Assembly: GCA_036735625.1 (NCBI GenBank)
Contig: DAINOA010000001.1
Coordinates: 19,517-83,516 of the forward strand
Reading direction: 5' to 3'
DNA: 64,000 nucleotides
Source of the DNA: Planktosalinus sp.
GTDB lineage: Bacteria > Bacteroidota > Bacteroidia > Flavobacteriales > Flavobacteriaceae
Positions 9,297 through 19,406 of this stretch are shown here, piece by piece. Numbering within the stretch: the stretch's first letter is position 1; every line of letters starts with the position of its first letter. The notes beneath the pieces were generated by a model. That model ran no database searches, was not told where the DNA came from, and saw only the letters and a list, made by a program, of their open reading frames with translations. The position numbers were made by a program, and so were the translations under genes.

Positions 9297-9935
9297 ATGT
9301 TTCTCGAAAATACAGTAAATCAAAAAGAGCAATTTGGCTGGATTGAAGTCATCTGCGGTTCTATGTTTTCCGGCAAGACCGAAGAATTGATTCGCAGGTT
9401 AAAGCGCGCCCAGTTTGCAAAACAGCGCGTTGAGATTTTCAAGCCCGCAATTGATGTGCGTTATGATGACGAGATGGTGGTCTCACACGACAGCAATGAG
9501 ATTCGCTCCACACCGGTTCCTGCTGCGGCAAATATTCCTATTTTGGCAGACAATTGCGATGTAGTGGGCATAGATGAAGCCCAGTTTTTTGATGACGAAA
9601 TTGTAAAAGTGTGTAACGATTTGGCAAATCGAGGCGTGCGGGTTATTGTTGCGGGTTTGGATATGGACTTTAAAGGCAACCCTTTTGGGCCTATGCCGGC
9701 CTTGATGGCAACAGCAGAGTATGTGACCAAAGTTCATGCTGTGTGTACCCGAACCGGAAATTTGGCACAATACAGTTTTAGAAAAACCAAAAATGACAAT
9801 CTGGTGATGCTTGGCGAAACAGACGAATATGAACCCCTTAGCAGAGCCGCCTATTACAAAGCAATGCTTAACGAAAAAATAAAAAAACTAAACGTCAAAG
9901 ACCCCGAAATTATCACCTCAAAAAAGTCTTCCTGA
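9297..9935 (+). CDS. tdk: Thymidine kinase
   Basis: [36 protein letters not shown]. Confidence 0.95.
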   Translation: MFLENTVNQKEQFGWIEVICGSMFSGKTEELIRRLKRAQFAKQRVEIFKPAIDVRYDDEMVVSHDSNEIRSTPVPAAANIPILADNCDVVGIDEAQFFDDEIVKVCNDLANRGVRVIVAGLDMDFKGNPFGPMPALMATAEYVTKVHAVCTRTGNLAQYSFRKTKNDNLVMLGETDEYEPLSRAAYYKAMLNEKIKKLNVKDPEIITSKKSS

Positions 9936-9938
9936 TTT

Positions 9939-11045
9939 ATGCCCACAGCTACTGAAACGACACTGGAAATCAACCTTAATGCATTAACCAATAACTTTAA
10001 TTACCTAAAATCAAAGTTACAGCCCGGTGTGAAATTGATGGGCGTTGTGAAAGCGTTTGCATATGGAAGCGATAGTGTGGTCATCGCGAAAAAACTGGAA
10101 CAATTAAAAATAGACTACCTCGCTGTGGCTTATGCTTCAGAAGGTGTTGTTTTGAGAGAAGCAGGCATTAAATCAAATATCTTAGTATTACACCCCCAAA
10201 CGGTAAATTTTCACAAAATTGTGGAACGCTGTATGGAACCAAACATTTACTCACCTTTGATGTTGACGCGATTTATAGCTTTCGCCGAAAGTTTAAAACT
10301 CCTAGATTACCCTATTCATTTAAAGATAAATACAGGTATGAACCGCATTGGATTTGCCCCTGAAGAAGCCTCGTCAATCCCGGAAATTTTAAAACAAACA
10401 ACAGCTGTCAAAGTAAAATCTATTTTTTCTCACCTCGCAGCTAGTGAAGATGTTGCAAATAAGGCTTTCGCCGAAAGGCAAATCCATTTGTATAAAAAAA
10501 CTTCTAAAGAACTAATTGAAGCTTTAGGTTATGTGCCCCTAAGGCATACACTTAATACTTCGGGCATTCTCAATTTTACTGAAGGTCAATTTGATATGGT
10601 GCGCAGCGGGATTGGACTTTACGGTTTTGGAAACGACATCAAAGAAAATAAAAACCTAGAACCCGTAGCTTCTTTAAAAACCATTATTTCACAGATTCAT
10701 CACATCAAAAAAGGAGAAAGTGTGGGCTATAATTTTGGATTTATTGCTTCAAAAGACACCTTGACCGCCACCCTGCCTCTAGGACATGCAGATGGCATTC
10801 ACCGCGGTTATGGAAAAGGAAAGGGATTTGTTACCATCAACGGAAAAAAAGCACCTATGATTGGCAACATTTGTATGGACATGCTGATGGTTGACATCAC
10901 GGGGATTGAATGCAGTGAAGGTGATGAAGTGCTTGTTTTTGGAAAATCTACAACTGCAGAAGAATTTGCTGAAACCATAAAATCAATTTCTTATGAAGTC
11001 ATTACAGCTATTTCACAACGGGTAAAGAGAATTGTGATTGACTAA
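9939..11045 (+). CDS. alr: Alanine racemase
   Basis: VVKAFAYG (PLP lysine), HLKINTGMNRIG, VRSGIGLYG, ICMDM, ISYE. Confidence 0.93.
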   Translation: MPTATETTLEINLNALTNNFNYLKSKLQPGVKLMGVVKAFAYGSDSVVIAKKLEQLKIDYLAVAYASEGVVLREAGIKSNILVLHPQTVNFHKIVERCMEPNIYSPLMLTRFIAFAESLKLLDYPIHLKINTGMNRIGFAPEEASSIPEILKQTTAVKVKSIFSHLAASEDVANKAFAERQIHLYKKTSKELIEALGYVPLRHTLNTSGILNFTEGQFDMVRSGIGLYGFGNDIKENKNLEPVASLKTIISQIHHIKKGESVGYNFGFIASKDTLTATLPLGHADGIHRGYGKGKGFVTINGKKAPMIGNICMDMLMVDITGIECSEGDEVLVFGKSTTAEEFAETIKSISYEVITAISQRVKRIVID

Positions 11046-11056
11046 ATAAAAATTAC

Positions 11057-11064
11057 TATATTTG
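11057..11064 (+). promoter_or_regulatory. -7 promoter element (TATATTTG) for mscL
   Basis: TAnnTTTG 29 nt upstream of the ATG. Confidence 0.6.
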
Positions 11065-11093
11065 ATACTATCAAACTTTAAAACCTTATAAAA

Positions 11094-11501
11094 ATGTTCA
11101 AAGAATTTAAAAACTTTATTATGACCGGCAATGTTATCGACCTTGCTGTTGCGGTTATTTTAGCAGGCGCCGTTGGTCTTGTTGTCAATGGTTTTGTTGC
11201 AGATATTATGATGCCAATCGTAGGTCATTTTGCCGGCGGCATGGATTTTGCCGATTTAAATGTAATTCTCTCTGATGCAGTTATAGCAGCAGATGGCTCT
11301 ATCACTAAACCGGAAAATGCGATTAGATATGGTGCCTGGATTAATGCACTTATCAATTTAGTAATTGTTGGTTTTGTTTTGTTTATGATTGTAAAAGCAT
11401 ACAACAAAACAAAAAAACCAAAAGTAGAAGCCCCTGCAGCTCCAAAAGGTCCTTCTCAGGAAGAGCTTTTAGCAGAAATAAGAGATTTATTGAAGAAATA
11501 A
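11094..11501 (+). CDS. mscL: Large-conductance mechanosensitive channel
   Basis: FKEFKNF..GNVIDLAVAVI, TM2 YG..I, C-terminal EELLAEIRDLLK. Confidence 0.96.
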   Translation: MFKEFKNFIMTGNVIDLAVAVILAGAVGLVVNGFVADIMMPIVGHFAGGMDFADLNVILSDAVIAADGSITKPENAIRYGAWINALINLVIVGFVLFMIVKAYNKTKKPKVEAPAAPKGPSQEELLAEIRDLLKK

Positions 11502-11526
11502 TCCCGCTTCACTATATATTCTAACT

Positions 11527-11559
11527 AAAGCCACTTGCCAAAAACAAGTGGTTTTTTTT
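11527..11559 (+). terminator. Intrinsic terminator of mscL
   Basis: GCCACTTG-CCAAAAA-CAAGTGGT followed by a T run. Confidence 0.85.
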
Positions 11560-11594
11560 ATTTAATATTTAACCTTTTTAAAAAGGGTTCTTTT

Positions 11595-11602
11595 TAACTT
11601 TG
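11595..11602 (+). promoter_or_regulatory. -7 promoter element (TAACTTTG) for asd
   Basis: TAnnTTTG 85 nt upstream of the asd start. Confidence 0.6.
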
Positions 11603-11687
11603 CTAGACTGCTATTGAGCAGGAATTTTTGAAATAATTAGAAGTTTAACTAACAAGATACCTCCCCAAGCAAGCTTGAGGACGGGTA

Positions 11688-12683
11688 ATGAATATGAGAA
11701 TAGCAGTTGTAGGTGCCACCGGAATGGTTGGCGAAGTAATGCTTCAAGTCCTTGAAGATAGAAATTTTCCAATTTCAGAATTGATTCTTGTCGCGTCAGA
11801 AAGATCTGTGGGTAAAAAAATACCCTTTAAAGGTAAGGAACATACCGTCATAGGTCTGCAAACAGCAGTGGATGCAAAACCCGACATCGCCCTTTTTTCT
11901 GCAGGTGGCTCAACATCACTTGAGTGGGCACCAAGATTTGCAGCAGCGGGAACAACTGTTATAGACAACTCCTCAGCTTGGAGAATGGATCCTTCAAAAA
12001 AACTGATCGTCCCCGAAATAAATGCTTCACAATTAACAAAAGAAGATAAAATTATTGCCAATCCAAACTGCTCAACTATTCAAATGGTGCTGGTCTTAAA
12101 CCCACTCCACAAAAAGTATGGTATTAAACGTGTTGTGGTATCTACCTATCAATCTATTACAGGCACCGGTGTAAAAGCAGTTATGCAACTTGAAAATGAA
12201 ATGAAAGGCATTAAAGGCGATATGGCATATCCATACCCCATTCATCAAAATGCCATCCCACAATGTGATGTTTTTGAAGAGAACGGTTATACAAAAGAAG
12301 AAATGAAACTTGTGAGGGAAACTCAAAAAATCCTTAACGACAGAAGCATTGCTGTAACTGCAACAGCTATTCGCATTCCCGTTGTGGGAGGTCATAGCGA
12401 ATCTGTCAATATCGAGTTTGAAAACCAATTTGATGAAAGTCACATAAGAACTTTACTGCATAATACCGCTGGAATCATTGTTCAAGACAATACAGACACA
12501 AATACTTATCCTATGCCGATATATGCGAAAGGCAAAGATGATGTTTTTGTGGGGAGAATTCGTCGCGATTACTCAATGGAAAACTCTTTAAACCTTTGGA
12601 TTGTGAGTGATAACCTCAGAAAAGGTGCTGCAACAAATGCCGTACAAATAGCGGAGCAGCTCATAAAAGCCCAACTTGTCTGA
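11688..12683 (+). CDS. asd: Aspartate-semialdehyde dehydrogenase
   Basis: VVGATGMVG, DNSSAWRM, IANPNCST (catalytic Cys), GHSE, DNLRKGAA.NAVQIA; alternative start 11694. Confidence 0.96.
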   Translation: MNMRIAVVGATGMVGEVMLQVLEDRNFPISELILVASERSVGKKIPFKGKEHTVIGLQTAVDAKPDIALFSAGGSTSLEWAPRFAAAGTTVIDNSSAWRMDPSKKLIVPEINASQLTKEDKIIANPNCSTIQMVLVLNPLHKKYGIKRVVVSTYQSITGTGVKAVMQLENEMKGIKGDMAYPYPIHQNAIPQCDVFEENGYTKEEMKLVRETQKILNDRSIAVTATAIRIPVVGGHSESVNIEFENQFDESHIRTLLHNTAGIIVQDNTDTNTYPMPIYAKGKDDVFVGRIRRDYSMENSLNLWIVSDNLRKGAATNAVQIAEQLIKAQLV

Positions 12684-12771
12684 GAATTAGGTTTTTGTAA
12701 GAAATTGTAGTTTGTAATCTGAAATGATTTTTTTATCTTTCGAAAACAATACTAACCAAAACCTTCCTCTT

Positions 12772-13146
12772 ATGAATTCTACATTTACTAAAATCATTCG
12801 GTTTTTGCTGGCAGTTATTTTGATTTTAATTGGGTTAAATAAGTTTTTAAATTTCATTCCGGCTCCGGCCATCCCTGAGGATGCCTCCCAATTTATGGGC
12901 TCACTCAAAGCAACCGGATACATTCTCCCGGCTCTTGGGGTTATTGAAATTGTCATCGGCATCCTTCTTCTTATCAACAAATGGGTGGCTTTTGCAGTTT
13001 TGGCATTGATCCCCATTTCAGTAAATGTATTGCTTTATCATTTATTTTTGGATATTCCAAGTATTGGAATTGCTGCTCTGGTCGCTATTATAAACTTTAT
13101 TTTGATCTATAAACTTTGGCCAAAATATAAACCCCTCTTCCATTAA
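12772..13146 (+). CDS. DoxX family membrane protein
   Basis: R.LL......GLNKF, TGY..P....IE...G.LLL, PISVN...YH pattern; about 4 TM; start moved to MNSTF. Confidence 0.8.
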   Translation: MNSTFTKIIRFLLAVILILIGLNKFLNFIPAPAIPEDASQFMGSLKATGYILPALGVIEIVIGILLLINKWVAFAVLALIPISVNVLLYHLFLDIPSIGIAALVAIINFILIYKLWPKYKPLFH

Positions 13147-13194
13147 TACTTATACAACATTTTAGTAAGTTTGTACTTATTTAATAACTCAAAC

Positions 13195-15321
13195 ATGAAA
13201 AATATATTTTTAGTTATTTTTTCTTTAGCTCTATTTATGGGTTGTAAAGAAGAAAACAAGAGAGTTGCTTTAACTTTAGAATACCCAGAAACACAGAAAG
13301 TGGACACAGTTGACACCTATTTTGGAACAGAAGTGCCAGACCCTTATAGATGGCTGGAAGACGATTTGTCTAATGAAACCGCTGCCTGGGTAAAGGCGCA
13401 AAACGATGTTACTTTTGGATTTTTAGATCAGATTCCATTTAGAAACGAAATCAATAACCGCCTTACCGAGCTCTGGAATTATGAAAAAGTGAGCGCGCCA
13501 TTTATTGAAGGTGATTACACCTATTATTATAAAAATGACGGTCTGCAAGATCATTATGTTGTTTATCGCGAAAAAGAGGGCAATGAAGAAGTTTTTTTGG
13601 ATCCAAATTCATTTTCTGAAGATGGAACTACATCTCTTGATGCTTTGCGATTTTCAAAAAGCGGTAAACTAGCAGCTTATTCAATTTCTGAAGGTGGAAG
13701 TGACTGGAGAAAAGTGATTGTAATTGATGCTGAAACCAAAGAACAAATAGGCGATACGCTGGTTGATTTAAAATTTACCGGAATTGCCTGGAAAGGTGAA
13801 GAAGGGTTTTATTATTCTACTTACGAAAAACCAAAAGGGAGTCAGCTTTCTGCTATGACAGACCAGCACAGACTTTTTTACCACAAGCTTGGCACAAAGC
13901 AAAGTGAAGATCAAATAATTTTTGGAGAAATTGAGAACCAAAGAGCGAGATATATCTGGGGATCAGTTTCTGAAGATGGACGCTTTCTTTATATTTCAAG
14001 ATCCATATCAACAAGTGGCAATGAATTATACCTTGTTGATTTAGAAAGTACAGATAAAAAAATAGTTCCAGTCATTTCCGGGTTTGATAACTCAACCTCC
14101 GTTCTTGATAATGAGGGAAGCAAACTTTTTATACAAACAAATCTGGATGCGCCCAATGAAAAGGTAGTCATTGTTGATGCTTCAAATCCATCTCAAGAAA
14201 ATTGGACTGATTTAATTCCTGAAACTGAAAATGTTTTAAGTCCCTCAACCGGAAGCGGCTATCTATTTGCGCGCTATATGGTGGATGCTGTTTCAAAGGT
14301 ATTACAGTATGACTTCGACGGGAATTTAATTCGCGAAGTAGAACTACCCGGTGTGGGAACGGCAAGTGGATTTGGCGGAAAAAAGGATGCAGAAACAATG
14401 TATTACTCCTTTTCAAATTACAACACTCCCGGAAGTATTTATTCTTATGATGTAGAAACCGGTGCCTCTGAAGTTTACTGGAAGCCTGAAATAGATTTCA
14501 ACGCTGATGATTTTGAGTCAAATCAGGTGTTTTATACCTCAAAAGACGGAACAAAAGTACCTATGATTATTACTCATAAAAAAGGATTGGACCTCAACGG
14601 TAAAAACCCAACCATTTTATTCGGTTATGGCGGTTTTAATATTAGTATGAGACCCGGTTTTTCAATAGTAACTGCCGTTTGGCTTGAGATGGGTGGTGTG
14701 TATGCAGTGCCTAATATAAGAGGTGGTGGAGAGTATGGAAGAAAATGGCATGATGCAGGAACCAAACTCAACAAACAAAATGTGTTTGATGATTTTATTG
14801 CCGCTGCAGAATATTTGATAGATAAGAAATACACTTCATCAGACTACCTTGCAATAAGAGGCGGTTCAAACGGAGGTCTTCTTGTTGGCGCAGTAGTAAA
14901 TCAACGCCCGGAGCTTTTTCAAGTTGGAATTCCTCAAGTGGGCGTTATGGATATGTTGCGCTATCACACATTCACCGCTGGAGCAGGGTGGGCTTATGAC
15001 TATGGCACTGCAAATGATAGTGAAGAAATGTTTCAATATTTGAAAGGGTATTCACCCTTACACAGCATACAAGAAGGGAAAGAGTATCCGGCTATCATGG
15101 TCACCACAGCAGATCACGATGATAGAGTAGTTCCTGCGCACTCTTTTAAATATGCGGCAGAATTACAGTCAAAAGAAACGGGAGATGCACCAAAGTTAAT
15201 TAGAATTGATGTGGGAGCCGGTCACGGTGCCGGAATGCCTGTTTCAAAAATAGTGGACTTGCACACAGACATTTTTGGATTTATTCTCTATAATATGGGA
15301 TATGATGAGCTACCTCAATAA
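13195..15321 (+). CDS. Prolyl oligopeptidase (S9A), lipoprotein
   Basis: Lipobox LFMGC; DPYRWLE; catalytic GGSNGG, DHDDRV, AGHG; start moved to MKNIF. Confidence 0.94.
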   Translation: MKNIFLVIFSLALFMGCKEENKRVALTLEYPETQKVDTVDTYFGTEVPDPYRWLEDDLSNETAAWVKAQNDVTFGFLDQIPFRNEINNRLTELWNYEKVSAPFIEGDYTYYYKNDGLQDHYVVYREKEGNEEVFLDPNSFSEDGTTSLDALRFSKSGKLAAYSISEGGSDWRKVIVIDAETKEQIGDTLVDLKFTGIAWKGEEGFYYSTYEKPKGSQLSAMTDQHRLFYHKLGTKQSEDQIIFGEIENQRARYIWGSVSEDGRFLYISRSISTSGNELYLVDLESTDKKIVPVISGFDNSTSVLDNEGSKLFIQTNLDAPNEKVVIVDASNPSQENWTDLIPETENVLSPSTGSGYLFARYMVDAVSKVLQYDFDGNLIREVELPGVGTASGFGGKKDAETMYYSFSNYNTPGSIYSYDVETGASEVYWKPEIDFNADDFESNQVFYTSKDGTKVPMIITHKKGLDLNGKNPTILFGYGGFNISMRPGFSIVTAVWLEMGGVYAVPNIRGGGEYGRKWHDAGTKLNKQNVFDDFIAAAEYLIDKKYTSSDYLAIRGGSNGGLLVGAVVNQRPELFQVGIPQVGVMDMLRYHTFTAGAGWAYDYGTANDSEEMFQYLKGYSPLHSIQEGKEYPAIMVTTADHDDRVVPAHSFKYAAELQSKETGDAPKLIRIDVGAGHGAGMPVSKIVDLHTDIFGFILYNMGYDELPQ

Positions 15322-15380
15322 CTCACTTTAACTGAACCTTTAAATCTTTCTAACTTTTAAAGGGAAGAAATATTTGGGTA

Positions 15381-16985
15381 TTAATCTTTGTTTTGGATTT
15401 CTTCAGGTAATTCCATTTCTAAGACCTTATCTATCATTATGTCATTTTGAACGAGGATTTTTTCATAGTAATCACCCCCAAAAAGTTGCTGGGCAATGGT
15501 TGCTTTTAGATGTGTTTTCATAATGGGTTCATACCCGTGAAGCTGAAAATTGGTCTCTATGAGTCTTGAATAAAAGATAAATTCATCTAATAATTCATCA
15601 GTTACTTCAAAGTTTGTAAAAAAATCTTGGGGCGTAAACCCCTCAAACAAGGATCTTTTTTTATCTAGTTGCTCAAAAACAAAATAGTTTAACAAACCCG
15701 ATTGTGAAATATAATTTATAATTTCTCCTTCTTCGCTCAGGTCTTTGGCTATAAAAACATCTGGTAAAATACCACCTCCTCCATAAACAACTTTACCTTT
15801 TGGAGTCACATATCGCAAGCTATCATTCACTGAAATACTGTCTGCGCTTATGAGTTCGCCATTTTTATATCTTTCTTGATACTCTTTAAAGTATGTTATG
15901 TCACCATTTACATAAGGCCTTTGGATAGATCTTCCGGTGGGAGTATAATAGCGTGCTACAGTTAATCTTACAGCGCTGCCATCGCCCAATGCCATTTCTC
16001 TTTGAACCAATCCTTTACCATAAGTTCTTCGGCCAACGATAACTCCCTGATCATTATCTTGTAAGGCACCGGCTACTATTTCACTGGCTGAAGCTGAGTT
16101 TTCATTAACTAGAACATAGATCTTTCCGTTTTCAAAAAGTCCTTTCTTCTTAGCAAACGTATTTTCAATGACTCCTGCTTTGTTTTTAGTTTTCAAAAGG
16201 AGTGTTCCTTTTGGCAACAACTCATCTAGCATTCTCTCAGCAGCAAAAACATAACCCCCCGGGTTGTTTCTCAAATCCAGTATAAGCGTTGAAATATCTT
16301 GATTAACCAAGTTTTTTAATGATTCTCTAAATTCATCGTAAGTAGTTTCAGCAAAGCGGTTCACTTTAATATATCCAAGGTTCTCATTGATTTTAAACCC
16401 GGCATCGACACTTTTAATAGCAACTTCTTTTCGCGTAAGCTTAAACTTTATTTCCTCTTTTTTGCTGTTGCGAAAAACAGTAAGAGTTACCTTTGAATTT
16501 AACGCCCCCCTTAAAGATGAAACAATGGAATCTCTTTTGCTAAATTCGCCAAAAAGAGGTATATCGTTTGCAAACAATATGCGATCACCTGCCTTGATTC
16601 CTGCTTTTTCGGCGGGACCATCATCAATGGTTGAAATTACTGAAACCGTGTCATTATAAATATAAAAGCTAACACCAATACCCACAAATTTACCCCGCAT
16701 ATCATCAGCAACCGACTCATAGTCGCTCACAGGTATATACACCGAGTGTGGATCTAGATTTTTTAGAATGCTGTTTACTGTTACATCAACAATGCTGTCT
16801 GTATTAATCCTGTCAACATATTCAAAATCAATGTAATCGATGAGCCTGTTTAATTTATCCTTTTTAGAATTTGTTGCAAAAATCTTTTCGGTAGTATCTC
16901 CAAAATTGAGTTTTGAACCAATAAAAATTCCTGCTGCAATTGCAACACCTATCAATAGGGGGATGTATTTAGATGATTTTTGCAT
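15381..16985 (-). CDS. S41 family carboxyl-terminal processing protease (CtpA/Prc-like, PDZ)
   Basis: LDPHS, F.GIG, LDLRNNPGG, SASASEI, TYGKG.VQ, YYTPTGRSIQ. Confidence 0.93.
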   Translation of the reverse strand: MQKSSKYIPLLIGVAIAAGIFIGSKLNFGDTTEKIFATNSKKDKLNRLIDYIDFEYVDRINTDSIVDVTVNSILKNLDPHSVYIPVSDYESVADDMRGKFVGIGVSFYIYNDTVSVISTIDDGPAEKAGIKAGDRILFANDIPLFGEFSKRDSIVSSLRGALNSKVTLTVFRNSKKEEIKFKLTRKEVAIKSVDAGFKINENLGYIKVNRFAETTYDEFRESLKNLVNQDISTLILDLRNNPGGYVFAAERMLDELLPKGTLLLKTKNKAGVIENTFAKKKGLFENGKIYVLVNENSASASEIVAGALQDNDQGVIVGRRTYGKGLVQREMALGDGSAVRLTVARYYTPTGRSIQRPYVNGDITYFKEYQERYKNGELISADSISVNDSLRYVTPKGKVVYGGGGILPDVFIAKDLSEEGEIINYISQSGLLNYFVFEQLDKKRSLFEGFTPQDFFTNFEVTDELLDEFIFYSRLIETNFQLHGYEPIMKTHLKATIAQQLFGGDYYEKILVQNDIMIDKVLEMELPEEIQNKD

Positions 16986-16991
16986 TAAAAA

Positions 16992-17423
16992 TTAAGGTTC
17001 AACAGATTCTAAATGTTCCAGAGCGACTCCTGCTTTTTCCAAAAAACTTACGCCGGAATTATCTTTGTAGGCCTCCAGATAAACCAACCGAGTGATTCCT
17101 GCCTGATGAATCAACTTACTGCACTCTTTACAGGGAGACATTGTGATATAAAGTGTTGCGCCTTTGCAGGATTGGGTTGACGAAGCAACTTTCAAAATAG
17201 CATTGGCTTCTGCATGAAGTACATACCATTTTGTATATCCCTCATCGTCTTCACAATAGTTTTCAAATCCTGAAGGTGTGCCATTATAGCCGTCTGAAAT
17301 AATCATTTTGTCCTTTACAATGAGTGCTCCCACCTGTTTCCGCTTGCAATGGGATAATTTTGCCCACTCCACTGCCATGCGCATATAGGCAATGTCATAT
17401 TTACGTTGTTTTTTATTTGGCAT
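16992..17423 (-). CDS. dCMP deaminase family protein (ComEB-like)
   Basis: GYNGTP, HAEANAI, SPCKEC zinc-deaminase motifs. Confidence 0.92.
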   Translation of the reverse strand: MPNKKQRKYDIAYMRMAVEWAKLSHCKRKQVGALIVKDKMIISDGYNGTPSGFENYCEDDEGYTKWYVLHAEANAILKVASSTQSCKGATLYITMSPCKECSKLIHQAGITRLVYLEAYKDNSGVSFLEKAGVALEHLESVEP

Positions 17424-17508
17424 GTGGAATACAAACTAAGTTGCGAAGATAAAATTTTATCAACGGATTAAATATGAATGATTCGTTAAATATTAGGGTT
17501 TGAATGAT

Positions 17509-18090
17509 TTAAAATATCCAGTTTGAAATAAGTAATGGGATTACCAAGCCCAAAATAACAGAAGAAATAACCAGCACCCAGTCTTTTTTGTTGAAACGAA
17601 AAACAGTTTGAACAATTGTTCCAATAATCAAAACAATTAAAGCCACGATAATTTGACCGGCTTCAACACCCAGAGCAACTTCCAGCAGTGGCAGTATTTT
17701 ACTCTTTTGCCCTAAGACTTCTGTAAATTGAGGAGCAAATTCAAGACCTCTCAATAGTCCCAGAAAAATGGAAAGCGCAAAAAGGAGACCCATTTTTTCA
17801 CGCCGCTTTTCTTTTCCAGCCGTAAAAATATTGAAGAGTGCCGTAAAAATAATGACAATAGCGATGAGGAATCCCACCATACCCAGACTCACCTTTACAA
17901 CCCCATAAGAAACCATCAAAACAGCAATCAAGTGTCCAAGAGTAAAAAGTGTGATAAGCACTAACAAGCGTTTCCAGGCATTAAATTGATAGGCAACCGT
18001 TAATAAAATGACGAATAATATATGGGCATAGTTATGCCAATTAATAACGTGGTCAAGACCCATTTTGAAGTAAAGCCAAAATTCAGCCAT
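17509..18090 (-). CDS. HupE/UreJ family membrane protein
   Basis: G..HV, H.LF, FTLGH, LGVE.GQ pattern with about 6 TM. Confidence 0.78.
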   Translation of the reverse strand: MAEFWLYFKMGLDHVINWHNYAHILFVILLTVAYQFNAWKRLLVLITLFTLGHLIAVLMVSYGVVKVSLGMVGFLIAIVIIFTALFNIFTAGKEKRREKMGLLFALSIFLGLLRGLEFAPQFTEVLGQKSKILPLLEVALGVEAGQIIVALIVLIIGTIVQTVFRFNKKDWVLVISSVILGLVIPLLISNWIF

Positions 18091-18202
18091 TTTGTTTAAG
18101 GAGTTTTTTAAATAAAATCAAAGTTAATAAATGTTGATAGAAAAGCAGGTAATACTAGGTTATTATTTGATAGAATTTTTGGGAAGAGATTAATGTAAAA
18201 AA

Positions 18203-18228
18203 AAAGCCCCAACAAATGTTGAAGCTTT
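18203..18228 (-). terminator. Probable terminator of tRNA-Leu
   Basis: Imperfect AAAGCCCCAACA/TGTTGAAGCTTT hairpin next to an A run (U tract on the minus strand). Confidence 0.55.
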
Positions 18229-18229
18229 G

Positions 18230-18311
18230 TACCTTGGGTGGGAATCGAACCCACACGTCCGAGGACACAGGATTTTGAATCCAGCGCGTCTACCAATTCC
18301 GCCACCAAGGC
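18230..18311 (-). tRNA. tRNA-Leu(CAA)
   Basis: Reverse complement GCCTTGGTGGCGGAATTGGTAGACGCG-CTGGA TT CAA AA TCCTG-long variable arm-GTGGG TTCGATT CCCAC-CCAAGGTA. Confidence 0.96.
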
Positions 18312-18331
18312 ATTTTCAAAGAATTGGACGA

Positions 18332-18339
18332 CAAAATTA
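18332..18339 (-). promoter_or_regulatory. -7 promoter element (TAATTTTG) for tRNA-Leu
   Basis: TAnnTTTG 20 nt upstream of the tRNA. Confidence 0.6.
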
Positions 18340-18404
18340 TAAAAATATTTACATATACACCCTAAATAAGAAGTAATTATGCTTCCTTGATTGAAATTAT
18401 TTTC

Positions 18405-18412
18405 TAAATTTG
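18405..18412 (+). promoter_or_regulatory. -7 promoter element (TAAATTTG) for prs-rplY
   Basis: Exact consensus 52 nt upstream of prs. Confidence 0.65.
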
Positions 18413-18464
18413 CACCTCGTAAAAACAAGCAGACAGCAAAACCCTATTTTACAACCAGTTAACC

Positions 18465-19406
18465 ATGGCTATTCCAACTCCCGAACCAAAGATTTTTGCT
18501 TGCTCACAAAGTATCGTGCTAGCTGAAAAAATTGCCGAAGCTTTTGGTATGCCATTGGGGAATGTAATAACATCTCATTACAGTGATGGTGAGTTTCAAC
18601 CTTCTTTTGAAGAATCAGTGAGAGGTAGCCGGGTTTTTATAATAGGTTCCACCTTTCCTAACAGCGATAACCTGATGGAGATGTTGTTGATGATTGATGC
18701 TGCAAAACGCGCTTCAGCAAGACACGTGACAGCTGTATTACCTTACTTTGGCTGGGCAAGACAAGACAGGAAAGACAAACCAAGGGTCCCAATCGCAGCA
18801 AAATTGGTCGCTAAAATGCTGGAAACAGCAGGTGCCACACGCATCATCACCATGGATTTGCACGCAGACCAAATTCAAGGATTCTTTGAAAAACCGGTCG
18901 ATCACCTTTTTGCTTCTACCATCTTTTTACCCTACCTAAGAAACTTAAACCTTGAAAATTTGACCATTGCATCACCCGATATGGGTGGTTCAAAAAGAGC
19001 TTATGCCTATTCTAAATTTTTGGAAAGTGACGTAGTCATTTGTTATAAGCAACGCGAAAAAGCCAATGTGATATCACACATGGAACTCATTGGTGACGTT
19101 ACCGGAAAAAATGTCGTGCTGGTTGATGATATGGTAGATACCGCCGGCACACTCACAAAAGCTGCAGATGTAATGATGGAGCGAGGTGCATTGAGCGTTA
19201 GAGCCATTTGTACCCACGCAATCCTATCAGGAAACGCCTACGAAAAAATAGAAAATTCAAAACTTGTTGAATTGATTGTAACAGATTCAATTCCACTTAA
19301 AAAAGAAAGTAAAAAAATAAGAGTACTCACGTGCTCAAAACTGGTAGCCGATGTGATGATTAGCGTCAACACAAACAACTCTATCAGTGGTAAATTTTTA
19401 ATGTAA
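18465..19406 (+). CDS. prs: Ribose-phosphate pyrophosphokinase
   Basis: SDGE, PYFGWARQDRK, DLHA.QIQGFF, SPD.GG, VDDMVDTAGT. Confidence 0.96.
   Translation: MAIPTPEPKIFACSQSIVLAEKIAEAFGMPLGNVITSHYSDGEFQPSFEESVRGSRVFIIGSTFPNSDNLMEMLLMIDAAKRASARHVTAVLPYFGWARQDRKDKPRVPIAAKLVAKMLETAGATRIITMDLHADQIQGFFEKPVDHLFASTIFLPYLRNLNLENLTIASPDMGGSKRAYAYSKFLESDVVICYKQREKANVISHMELIGDVTGKNVVLVDDMVDTAGTLTKAADVMMERGALSVRAICTHAILSGNAYEKIENSKLVELIVTDSIPLKKESKKIRVLTCSKLVADVMISVNTNNSISGKFLM

Noticed and set aside
18108..18428. 106-aa ORF
   Set aside because: It runs straight through tRNA-Leu and its promoter; ALVAELVDALDSKS is the tRNA read as protein.
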